Made by a program: the position numbers and the translations under genes. Positions 56,379 to 64,000 of a stretch of DNA of 64,000 nucleotides are shown one piece after another; positions within the stretch are counted from its first letter, which is position 1; every line of letters starts with the position of its first letter. This DNA comes from Propionibacteriaceae bacterium (lineage in GTDB: Bacteria; Actinomycetota; Actinomycetes; Propionibacteriales; Propionibacteriaceae): contig JAOPXN010000129.1 of NCBI GenBank assembly GCA_025965155.1, positions 3,211-67,210 of the forward strand. Reading direction: 5' to 3'. The notes beneath the pieces are model-generated. The model saw only the letters and a program-made list of their open reading frames with translations. It was not told where the DNA came from and made no database searches.

Positions 56379-56468
56379 GGTGGCCGGGCTCGCCCGGACC
56401 GTTGATGTGGCCGGGCTCGCCCGGACCCTTTGATGTGGCGCCGGGCTCGCCCGGACCTTTGATGTGGC
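56379..56468. repeat. Three tandem 27-30-bp units, each containing the palindrome CCGGGCTCGCCCGG (REP-like hairpin array)
   Basis: Palindrome cores lie at 56384-56397, 56411-56424 and 56441-56454. The unit is approximately GATGTGGC(G)CCGGGCTCGCCCGGACC(N3-4). Confidence 0.8.
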
Positions 56469-56657
56469 AAAGACCCCGATTCCGAACCCCCGGATCCGCT
56501 TACGTTGCGCGAGCCCGTTCCGCTTCGATTGATGAAGTGCGCAACGGTGCTTCATCTCGGGTGAGCGAACTCGAAGGGTAGGAGGGGGTTGCTGCCCGGC
56601 TGATACATCCCGCTCGAAGAAACGTGGGCGTGCTGAAAGAAACCGCTTGGGGCCCGG

Positions 56658-57653
56658 TCAGACCTTCCGGATCCGGACCCACTTCACCTGGTGATCGCTG
56701 GCCTTGCGCAGGATCGCCGTGGCGCGTTCCCGGGTGGGACGGATGTTGGTCGCCAGGTTGGGCCCGTTGATGGTGTCCCAGAGACGCTCCGCCTGCCGGA
56801 CCGCCTCGGACTCGGTCAGCTCGGCGTACCGGGTGAAGTAGGAGCGCGGGTCCCGGAACGCGGTGTCACGCAGGGACAAGAACCTGGACACGTACCAGCT
56901 GCGGATGTCGTCGGTGTCGGCGTCGACGTAGACGGAGAAGTCGAAGAAGTCGCTGACCGCCAGTCCGGTGGTGCCGTCGGGGCGAACCCGCGCCGGCTGC
57001 AGCACGTTGAGGCCCTCGACTATCAAGATGTCCGGTCGCTTCACCACGACCCGGGCGTCCGGAACGATGTCGTAGACCAGGTGGCTGTAGACCGGTGCGG
57101 TGACCTCGTCCCGACCCGACTTCACATCCATCACGAAGCGGAGCAGCGCCCGGCGGTCGTAGGACTCAGGAAACCCTTTACGATGCAGCAGCCCGCGGCG
57201 CTCCAGCTCGGCATTCGGCAGCAGGAAGCCGTCGGTGGTCACCAGCTCCACCCGCGGGTGCTCCGGCCAGCCGGCCAGCAGCTCCCGTAGCAGCCTTGCT
57301 GTGGTGGACTTGCCTACGGCGACGGAGCCGGCGATGCCGATCACGAACGGGGTGCGGCCGACTGACAGCCCGAGGAAGTCGTTGGTCGACCGGTGCAGGT
57401 CTCCTGTGTGCAGCACGTACTGGCTGAGCAGCCGGGTCAGCGGCAGGTAGACCTCCCGGACGTCAATCAGCTGGGTTGGGTCGCTCAGCCCGCGCAGCGC
57501 GTCCAAGGTCGCAACGTCGACCGTCATCGGGGTCGAGTGCGCAAGTTCGGCCCAGTCGGCCCTACTCCGCTCCACGTACGGCCCGAGCACCTGCGCATCC
57601 CGCTGCATGAGAGGCATTCTGCCGGGTTCCGGCGGGGCCGTGTCAGCAGACAC
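56658..57653 (-). CDS. coaA: Type I pantothenate kinase
   Basis: The P-loop reads [24 protein letters not shown] and [12 protein letters not shown] are present. The start may be a downstream ATG (57617 or 57608). Confidence 0.93.
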   Translation of the reverse strand: MSADTAPPEPGRMPLMQRDAQVLGPYVERSRADWAELAHSTPMTVDVATLDALRGLSDPTQLIDVREVYLPLTRLLSQYVLHTGDLHRSTNDFLGLSVGRTPFVIGIAGSVAVGKSTTARLLRELLAGWPEHPRVELVTTDGFLLPNAELERRGLLHRKGFPESYDRRALLRFVMDVKSGRDEVTAPVYSHLVYDIVPDARVVVKRPDILIVEGLNVLQPARVRPDGTTGLAVSDFFDFSVYVDADTDDIRSWYVSRFLSLRDTAFRDPRSYFTRYAELTESEAVRQAERLWDTINGPNLATNIRPTRERATAILRKASDHQVKWVRIRKV

Positions 57654-57685
57654 CCTGACTGGTCCGCGGAGGTAGCCTTCTGCCT

Positions 57686-59530
57686 ATGTGTGGAATCGTA
57701 GGTTATGTAGGGCCGCAGGCCGCCGTCGACGTGGTGGTCGGTGGTCTTCGTCGGCTGGAGTACCGCGGCTACGACTCCGCCGGAGTGGCGATCGTCTCCG
57801 ACGGCCGGATCGAGCTGGCCAAGAAGGCCGGCAAGATCGCCAACCTGGACAAGCTCCTCGCCGACCACCCGCTGCCCACTGACGGGCTCGGAATCGGGCA
57901 CACGCGCTGGGCCACCCACGGTGCTCCGAACGACTCCAACGCGCATCCGCACCTCTCCCGCGGCGGACGGGTGGCACTGGTCCACAACGGGATCGTCGAG
58001 AACTTCGTCGAGCTTCGCGACGAGCTCGCCGCCGATGGAATCACGATGGTCTCCGAAACCGACACCGAGGTAGTGGCCCAGCTGCTCGGCCAGGTGGTCG
58101 AAGCTGGCACCGAGCTTGCCGACGCGATGCGCGCTGTCTGCCGGCGGCTCACCGGCGCCTTCACGCTAGTGGCGGTTGACAGCCACAACCCGGAGCTGGT
58201 GGTCGCCGCTCGGCGGAACTCACCGCTGGTGGTCGGGGTCGGTGACGGGGAGAACTTCCTCGCTTCCGACGTCGCTGCCTTCATAGAGCACACCCGGGAG
58301 GCGATCGAGCTGGGCCAGAACCAGGTGGTCGAGCTTCGCAGTGACTCCGTGCGGGTCACCACCTTCGACGGTGCGCCGGCGGAGGTGCGGCCGTACCACG
58401 TCGACTGGGACCTGTCTGCGGCTGAGAAGGACGGCTTCGACTGGTTCATGCGCAAGGAGATCTACGAGCAGCCGAAGGCGGTCGCGGACACGCTGCTGGG
58501 CCGCCACGACTCCAAGGGCGCGTTGACCCTGGACGAGATCCGGATCAGCGAGGCCGAGCTCCGTCAGATCGACAAAATCGTCGTCATCGCCTGCGGAACG
58601 TCCTTCTACGCCGGCCTGGTCGCCAAGTACGCCATTGAGCACTGGACCCGGATCCCCTGCGAGGTGGAGCTTGCCAGCGAGTTCCGCTACCGCGACCCGA
58701 TCGTCGGGCCGTCGACCCTGGTCGTCACCATCAGCCAGTCGGGTGAGACGGCGGACACGTTGATGGCGATCAGACACGCCCGGGAACAGCGGGCCAAAGT
58801 GCTGGCGATCTGCAACACCAACGGCTCCACCATCCCGCGCGAGTCCGACGCGGTGATCTACACCCACGCCGGCCCCGAGGTCGGCGTCGCTTCCACCAAG
58901 GGCTTCCTCACCCAGCTGGTGGCCTGCTACCTGCTCGGGCTCTACCTGGCACAGGTCCGCGGCACCAAGTTCGGCGACGAGATCAAGGCCACGATGGCCG
59001 AGCTGGAGACCATACCGGCCGCGATCCAGTCGCTGCTGGACAACATCCAGCCGGTGCTGGACCTGGCCGCGGAGTTCGCCGACCAGCCGTCGGTGCTGTT
59101 CCTCGGTCGGCATGTCGGCTACCCAGTGGCCCTGGAGGGTGCGCTCAAGCTCAAGGAGCTCGCGTACATCCATGCCGAGGGGTTTGCGGCCGGTGAGCTC
59201 AAGCACGGACCGATCGCCCTGATCGAGGACCAGCTTCCGGTCTTTGTGGTGGTGCCGCCGAAGGGTCGCGACATGCTGCACGAGAAGGTCGTCTCGAACA
59301 TCCAGGAGATCCGGGCCCGCGGCGCCCGTACCGTGGTGCTGGCCGAGGAAGATGATCACGAGGTGGACGCGGTCGCCGACGTGCTGATCCGGCTGCCGAA
59401 GGTGTCCACGCTGCTCCAGCCGCTGGTGGCGACCGTGCCGCTGCAGGTGTTTGCCTGCGAGCTCGCCAGCCGCAAGGGCCACGATGTCGACCAACCGCGC
59501 AACCTCGCCAAGTCCGTGACGGTGGAGTGA
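57686..59530 (+). CDS. glmS: Glutamine--fructose-6-phosphate aminotransferase
   Basis: MCGIVGYVG supplies the N-terminal Cys nucleophile. Two SIS domains are present (ACGTSFYAG and [10 protein letters not shown]), and the C-terminus reads NLAKSVTVE. Confidence 0.97.
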   Translation: MCGIVGYVGPQAAVDVVVGGLRRLEYRGYDSAGVAIVSDGRIELAKKAGKIANLDKLLADHPLPTDGLGIGHTRWATHGAPNDSNAHPHLSRGGRVALVHNGIVENFVELRDELAADGITMVSETDTEVVAQLLGQVVEAGTELADAMRAVCRRLTGAFTLVAVDSHNPELVVAARRNSPLVVGVGDGENFLASDVAAFIEHTREAIELGQNQVVELRSDSVRVTTFDGAPAEVRPYHVDWDLSAAEKDGFDWFMRKEIYEQPKAVADTLLGRHDSKGALTLDEIRISEAELRQIDKIVVIACGTSFYAGLVAKYAIEHWTRIPCEVELASEFRYRDPIVGPSTLVVTISQSGETADTLMAIRHAREQRAKVLAICNTNGSTIPRESDAVIYTHAGPEVGVASTKGFLTQLVACYLLGLYLAQVRGTKFGDEIKATMAELETIPAAIQSLLDNIQPVLDLAAEFADQPSVLFLGRHVGYPVALEGALKLKELAYIHAEGFAAGELKHGPIALIEDQLPVFVVVPPKGRDMLHEKVVSNIQEIRARGARTVVLAEEDDHEVDAVADVLIRLPKVSTLLQPLVATVPLQVFACELASRKGHDVDQPRNLAKSVTVE

Positions 59531-59537
59531 GCGCTCG

Positions 59538-59888
59538 GTGATCATCGGAGTGGGGATCGACGTTTGCGACGTCGACCGCTTCGCGCTGACCATCGCCCGC
59601 CGCCCCGGACTTGTCCAGCGGCTGTTCACTCCGCATGAGGCTGAGCGTCCGATCGCCTCGCAGGCGGCGAGGTTCGCGGCCAAGGAGGCCCTGGCGAAGG
59701 CATTGGGAGCCCCGGCAGGACTGGTCTGGCTGGACGCCGAGGTGATCACCGACGACGACGGCAAGCCGTCGTTCAAGATCATCGGCACGGTCGCGGAGCG
59801 CGCGTGGCTGCTCGGAGTGGCGACGATCCACGTGTCGCTGTCACACGATGCCGGGATCGCCTCGGCTGTAGTGATCTGCGAGGCATGA
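59538..59888 (+). CDS. acpS: Holo-[acyl-carrier-protein] synthase
   Basis: [14 protein letters not shown]...[11 protein letters not shown]...VSLSHD is typical AcpS. Confidence 0.92.
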   Translation: MIIGVGIDVCDVDRFALTIARRPGLVQRLFTPHEAERPIASQAARFAAKEALAKALGAPAGLVWLDAEVITDDDGKPSFKIIGTVAERAWLLGVATIHVSLSHDAGIASAVVICEA

Positions 59889-61351
59889 TGGCGGTGGCGT
59901 ACACGGTGGACAAGATCCGCCGGATGGAGAGCGCGGCGATGTCCGTGCTCGGCGAGCATGCCTTGATGCAGCGGGCGGCGCGCAGCCTGGCGCTGATTGC
60001 GGCGGCAGAGCTGCGGAGTCGTCGGGGCAGCGTCTACGGCTCCCGGGTGTTGATCATGGTGGGGCCGGGCAACAACGGCGGTGATGCGCTGTATGCAGGT
60101 GCGCAGTTGGCCGGTCGCGGGGCCGTGGTGGTTGCGGTCAGCTGCCTCGGTGCTCCGCATGCGGAGGGCCTGTCGGCTCTGTACCGTGCCGGCGGCCGGC
60201 TGTTCGACCTTGATCATCTTCTGGCTCGGACCGGCAGCGATGATTCCTGGGACCTGGCGCTGGACGGTGTGCTGGGTATCGGAGGCAGACCGGGGCTGCC
60301 CGATCCGGTCAGCCGGCTAGCAGACCGGCTGCAGGCTGGTGGCGTGCCGATCGTCGCTGTCGACCTGCCGTCGGGGGTCAGCGCTGACACCGGCGCTGTG
60401 CCGAGCCGGGCGATCAAGGCAACCAGGACCGTCACCTTCGGGGAGCTCAAACCGTGCCACCTGGTGGAGCCGGCCCGCGGTTTCTGCGGCCAGATCGACC
60501 TGGTCGACATCGGTCTGGACTCGGCCGCGGAACAGCCGGACCTGGAGTCGGTCGACCGGGACGAGCTGGCCCGAGGGTGGCCGTACCCGGATGCGCGCAG
60601 CGACAAGTACTCCCGGGGTGTGCTGGGTATCGACACCGGATCCGAGCAGTACCCCGGCGCGGCCGTCATGTCCACCGCCGGAGCAGTGCACGCCGGAGTG
60701 GGCATGATCCGGTTCCTCGGCGCCCACGCCGCAGCCCAGATCATCCAGGCGCAGCTGCCGAATGTCGTGTTCAGCCCCGGCCGGGTCCAGGCCCACTTGC
60801 TGGGCTCGGGCTGGGGTGACCGGGAGGACGGCCGGGCGGTGCTGGCCCAGCTGGCCGAGGGCGACGTCCCAGCCGTGGTGGACGCCGACGGTCTGCGCTA
60901 TCTGCCCGAAAGGGCCCCGGCGAGCTGGTTGCTGACTCCGCACGCCGGCGAGCTGGCACGGTTGCTCGGCACGGATCGGACCTGGGTGAGCGACGACCCG
61001 ATCAGAGCTGTCCGCACCGGAGCGGAGCGCACCGGCGCCACTGTGCTGCTGAAGGGGGCGACCCAGCTCGTCGCGGTACCCGGCTCGGCCACCGTCCGGG
61101 TGGCCCTGCCCGGTCCGGCCTGGACGGCTCAGGCTGGGTCCGGCGACGTACTGGCCGGGATCTGCGGCGCCTTGCTGGCGGCAGGGGTACCCGCCGACCG
61201 GGCCGGCCAGCTCGGTGCCTCCATCCAGGCGCTGACCGCAGCCCAGCACCCCGGCCCGCTGCCACCGCACGAGCTGGCCCAGCGACTCTCGGCCACGATC
61301 GGAGCGCTGCAGCCAAATCGCTCCGAGCCCGACCAGATGGTGTCGTCATGA
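59885..61351 (+). CDS. nnr: Bifunctional NAD(P)H-hydrate epimerase / ADP-dependent dehydratase
   Basis: The YjeF-N domain has [15 protein letters not shown]. The C-terminal kinase-like domain has KYSRGVLGI and [15 protein letters not shown]. The ATG overlaps the acpS stop (ATGA). Confidence 0.9.
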   Translation: MMAVAYTVDKIRRMESAAMSVLGEHALMQRAARSLALIAAAELRSRRGSVYGSRVLIMVGPGNNGGDALYAGAQLAGRGAVVVAVSCLGAPHAEGLSALYRAGGRLFDLDHLLARTGSDDSWDLALDGVLGIGGRPGLPDPVSRLADRLQAGGVPIVAVDLPSGVSADTGAVPSRAIKATRTVTFGELKPCHLVEPARGFCGQIDLVDIGLDSAAEQPDLESVDRDELARGWPYPDARSDKYSRGVLGIDTGSEQYPGAAVMSTAGAVHAGVGMIRFLGAHAAAQIIQAQLPNVVFSPGRVQAHLLGSGWGDREDGRAVLAQLAEGDVPAVVDADGLRYLPERAPASWLLTPHAGELARLLGTDRTWVSDDPIRAVRTGAERTGATVLLKGATQLVAVPGSATVRVALPGPAWTAQAGSGDVLAGICGALLAAGVPADRAGQLGASIQALTAAQHPGPLPPHELAQRLSATIGALQPNRSEPDQMVSS

Positions 61352-62553
61352 TCAACTCCAGCAACCCGCCCAAGCCGGTCGGCTCCAGCAGTCCGGCAGC
61401 GCCGGTGGCCGGAATCGACGCTCAGACGGCACGAGCCACCATCGACCTCGCGGCCTTCCGCCGCAACATCGCGACCTTGCAACGACACGTCGGCGGGGCG
61501 GAGATGATGGTCGTAGTCAAGGCCGACGGCTACGGCCACGGCATGATCGAGTGTGCCCGGGCGGCTCGTCGCAGTGGCGTCGGCTGGTTGGGCGTTGCGA
61601 CACCCACCGAGGCGTTGCAGCTGCGCCAGTCCGGCGACGAAGGCCGGCTGATGGCCTGGCTCTACGGAGTGGACGAGGACCTGACCCCGCTGGTTGCCGC
61701 GGACGTGGACGTGTCGGCCCAGTCGGCCGAGCAGATCTCCCGGCTGGTCGCCGCGGCCGGCACCGCCGAGCGGCCGGCCCGGGTGCACCTCAAGATCGAC
61801 ACCGGGCTGTCCCGCAACGGGATGCGCGTCGAGGGCTGGCGCGCCCTGTGCGAGGTTGCTGCCGAGGCCGAGGCAAGTGGTGCCCTGGAAGTGGTCGGAG
61901 TCTGGTCGCACCTGGCCGCCGCCGACGAGCCCGGGCACCCCAGCATCGACGCCCAGATTGAGGTGTTTGAATGGGCGACGGCCCAAGCGGCGGACGCCGG
62001 GCTACGCCCCGCCGCCCGGCACCTGGCCAACTCGGCCGGCGCCTTGGTGGTGCCAGCGGCACGTTTTGATCTTGTCCGGGTCGGCATTGCGGCGTACGGC
62101 ATCGATCCCGCACCTGGGATCGCAGACCTGGCCGGCGTGGACCTGACGCCCGTCATGACGTTGCAAGGACAGTTGGTGAATGTGAAGACGATCAAGGCCG
62201 GGGACGGAGTTTCCTACGGCCACACCTGGGTGGCGGAGAAGCCCACCACGCTCGGCCTGGTGCCGTTGGGGTATGCCGACGGAATCCCCCGGCACGGCAG
62301 CAACGCAGTGCAGGTGACGGTGGGCCAGCGCCGCGCAGACATCCGCGGCCGCGTCTGCATGGACCAGTTCGTTGTTGATCTTGGGCCGGCTGCTGCTGAC
62401 GTCGTCGGTGACGACGTGATCTTGTTCGGGCCGGGCCGTGACGGGGAACCGACGGCGATGGATTGGGCGCGGTGGTGCGACACCATCGGGTACGAGATCG
62501 TCACCCGGATCGGGGTCCGGGTGCCGCGACGTTATGTCGAGGAGGACCTCTGA
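61348..62553 (+). CDS. alr: Alanine racemase
   Basis: The PLP lysine motif is VVVKADGYGHG. RVGIAAYG and VSYGHTW are present. The ATG overlaps the nnr stop. Confidence 0.94.
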   Translation: MINSSNPPKPVGSSSPAAPVAGIDAQTARATIDLAAFRRNIATLQRHVGGAEMMVVVKADGYGHGMIECARAARRSGVGWLGVATPTEALQLRQSGDEGRLMAWLYGVDEDLTPLVAADVDVSAQSAEQISRLVAAAGTAERPARVHLKIDTGLSRNGMRVEGWRALCEVAAEAEASGALEVVGVWSHLAAADEPGHPSIDAQIEVFEWATAQAADAGLRPAARHLANSAGALVVPAARFDLVRVGIAAYGIDPAPGIADLAGVDLTPVMTLQGQLVNVKTIKAGDGVSYGHTWVAEKPTTLGLVPLGYADGIPRHGSNAVQVTVGQRRADIRGRVCMDQFVVDLGPAAADVVGDDVILFGPGRDGEPTAMDWARWCDTIGYEIVTRIGVRVPRRYVEEDL

Positions 62554-63728
62554 TGGAGCCTCGGCCCGGAAGCTCACGTACCCGGGTTGCTCGCCGCCCG
62601 GCGCCCCGGCGGCCGCCGGTACGTACCCCGATCCCGCCGAAGCGGCCCGTCAAAGCCAGCCGGTTCACCCAAGGGCTGGGTCTGATCGCGGGCGTCGCAG
62701 CGCTGGCTGCCGGTGGTGTGGCGGCCGGGCTGGAGCTCGAGCGGCGGATCGTGTCCAAGCGGATCTATCGCGAGGCGGGCGATGAGGGGGACGAGTTCTT
62801 CGCGCTGCGGTCCGAGGGCCCGGCGGTCCTCACCCCCGACGGTGTCGTGTTGCACACTGAGGTGGACGAGCCCGACGTCGATCATCCCCGCTACGTCGGA
62901 GACGACCTCACCTTGGTCTTCGTGCACGGATACGCGCTGAGCCTGGACTGCTGGCACTTCCAGCGACGGCACTACCGTGGTGCCATCCGGCAGGTCCTCT
63001 ACGACCAGCGTTCGCACGGACGGTCCGGGCGCTCGGACCCGGAGCGTTGCCGGATCCCGCAGCTCGCCGAGGACCTGTCCCAGATCTTGGAGGAGGTGGC
63101 CGGTTCCGGGCCCGTGATCTTGGTCGGCCATTCGATGGGCAGCATGACGATCATGCGGCTGGCCCAGCAGCATCCGGAGTGGTTTGGCGACCGGGTGCGG
63201 GGCGTGGCGCTTTTCTCTACCTCGGCCGGGGACATGGCCGACTACTCCCCGATCAAGGGGCTGCCGGGGCGTACCTTCAGCCGGATCGCGCCGCCGTTGA
63301 TGGCCACGTTGAACAGGATCCCTGAGCTGGTGGAGAAGAGTCGCAAGGCAGGGTCGGACATGAGCTACGTGGTCACCCGACGGATGTCGTTCGGCTCCGA
63401 CGTCCCGCCGTCCTACGTCGAGTTCATGAGCCAGATGCTCGGGGACACCCCGCTAGAGGTGGTCGCCGACTTCTACCCGGCCTTCGGTCAGCTGGACGAG
63501 TTCGTGGCCTTCGGTGTGCTGAGTCAGGTCGAGACGGCGGTGGTCGGTGGGATCGATGACGTGATCACGCCGATCAAGTACACCGACCGGATCATCGAGC
63601 TCTTGCCCGGTGCGGAGTCGCTCCGCCTGCCCGACTGCGGGCACATGGGAATAATCGAGCACCACCCTCAGTTCAACAAAGTGCTGGACCACCTGATAGA
63701 GCGGGTTCGTCGCCATCTCAATGACTGA
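62553..63728 (+). CDS. Membrane-anchored alpha/beta hydrolase
   Basis: A basic N-terminus is followed by a TM helix (LGLIAGVAALAAGGVAAGL). The oxyanion motif is FVHGYAL, the nucleophile elbow is GHSMGSM and the C-terminal His is in CGHMG. The ATG overlaps the alr stop. Confidence 0.85.
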   Translation: MEPRPGSSRTRVARRPAPRRPPVRTPIPPKRPVKASRFTQGLGLIAGVAALAAGGVAAGLELERRIVSKRIYREAGDEGDEFFALRSEGPAVLTPDGVVLHTEVDEPDVDHPRYVGDDLTLVFVHGYALSLDCWHFQRRHYRGAIRQVLYDQRSHGRSGRSDPERCRIPQLAEDLSQILEEVAGSGPVILVGHSMGSMTIMRLAQQHPEWFGDRVRGVALFSTSAGDMADYSPIKGLPGRTFSRIAPPLMATLNRIPELVEKSRKAGSDMSYVVTRRMSFGSDVPPSYVEFMSQMLGDTPLEVVADFYPAFGQLDEFVAFGVLSQVETAVVGGIDDVITPIKYTDRIIELLPGAESLRLPDCGHMGIIEHHPQFNKVLDHLIERVRRHLND

Positions 63729-64000
63729 GGTGCCTCAATGAATGAGGTGGGCGACCCTGTCGGCGTACTGCGCCGATTGGGTCTATCGCGGCCTCGCTGG
63801 TATTATTGAGGTATCCCGGTTGCGTTGCGCAATTTCGGGCCGTCCGGCGCCACCATCAGAACGCGCACTGGTCCGTCTCCCGCCACAAGATGTGAAAGTT
63901 TGGGCCGTTGACGTGCCTGAACCGATCCGTCCATGTGGATGGGAAGTGAGTTAATTAATGCCTGAACGGCCGACAGGCGCGTCTTCGCGCGCCTTCACCG

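Noticed and set aside
56379-56468. Possible CRISPR array
   Set aside because: There are only three units and they are directly abutting, with no unique spacers of 25-40 nt. No cas genes or leader are present. It is better described as a REP-like tandem palindrome.
57654-57685. glmS ribozyme upstream of glmS
   Set aside because: Only 32 nt separate glmS from the annotated coaA start (about 70-80 nt if coaA starts at a downstream ATG). That is too short for the roughly 170-nt ribozyme, and no conserved core was seen.
58220-60217. 665-aa minus-strand ORF over glmS, acpS and nnr
   Set aside because: It is antisense to three well-supported genes and has junk composition. Long open frames are expected by chance at this GC content.
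63742-64000. 70-aa ORF after the hydrolase gene, and a possible gene start at ATG 63958
   Set aside because: The 70-aa product has no motifs and mixed codon bias. Only 43 nt of the possible next gene lie in the window, so it cannot be supported. The expected tsaE signature was not seen.

Overview
High-GC actinobacterial chromosome segment, possibly Propionibacteriales-like; no species can be assigned from sequence alone. The backbone is the conserved ribosomal-protein superoperon. It runs from the rplV tail and end of the S10 operon (rpsC-rplP-rpmC-rpsQ) through the spc operon (rplN to rplO), secY-adk-map, infA-rpmJ, and the alpha operon (rpsM-rpsK-rpsD-rpoA-rplQ). It ends with rplM-rpsI-glmM and coaA / glmS-acpS-nnr-alr-hydrolase. 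Two variable blocks interrupt this backbone. The first is 9.4-17.1 kb, between map and infA. It holds a DUF2237 protein, prolyl oligopeptidase, VOC protein, SigG-like ECF sigma factor, LacI regulator, DUF1707 protein, a di-iron protein plus an S4-domain protein, and a DUF402 protein. The second is 21.4-52.3 kb, between rplQ and rplM. It holds PhyH dioxygenase/AraC, a five-gene Opp/Dpp-type ABC importer, a hexapeptide-acyltransferase fusion protein, ATP-dependent DNA ligase, F420/LLM oxidoreductase, S51 peptidase-like protein, sodA and a secreted GH81 beta-1,3-glucanase. It also holds an ABC exporter, an RsmC-like methyltransferase-truA-trmB string, a LolA-like protein with an ABC-2 exporter and divergent two-component system, an ABC-F ATPase and citrate synthase. 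I found no rRNA, tRNA, CRISPR array, transposase or integrase. The best leads are four. (1) Two near-identical CebR-type palindromes (GAGCGCTC core) sit upstream of the GH81 gene and in the 705-bp region upstream of the ABC importer, suggesting a beta-glucan capture and import regulon. (2) A LolA-fold protein is operonic with an ABC-2 exporter and paired with a two-component system. (3) An acyltransferase is fused to an uncharacterised helical domain. (4) Three tandem palindromic units sit in a 504-bp non-coding gap. All family calls come from motif recognition by eye. No database search was run, and several start codons are inferred.
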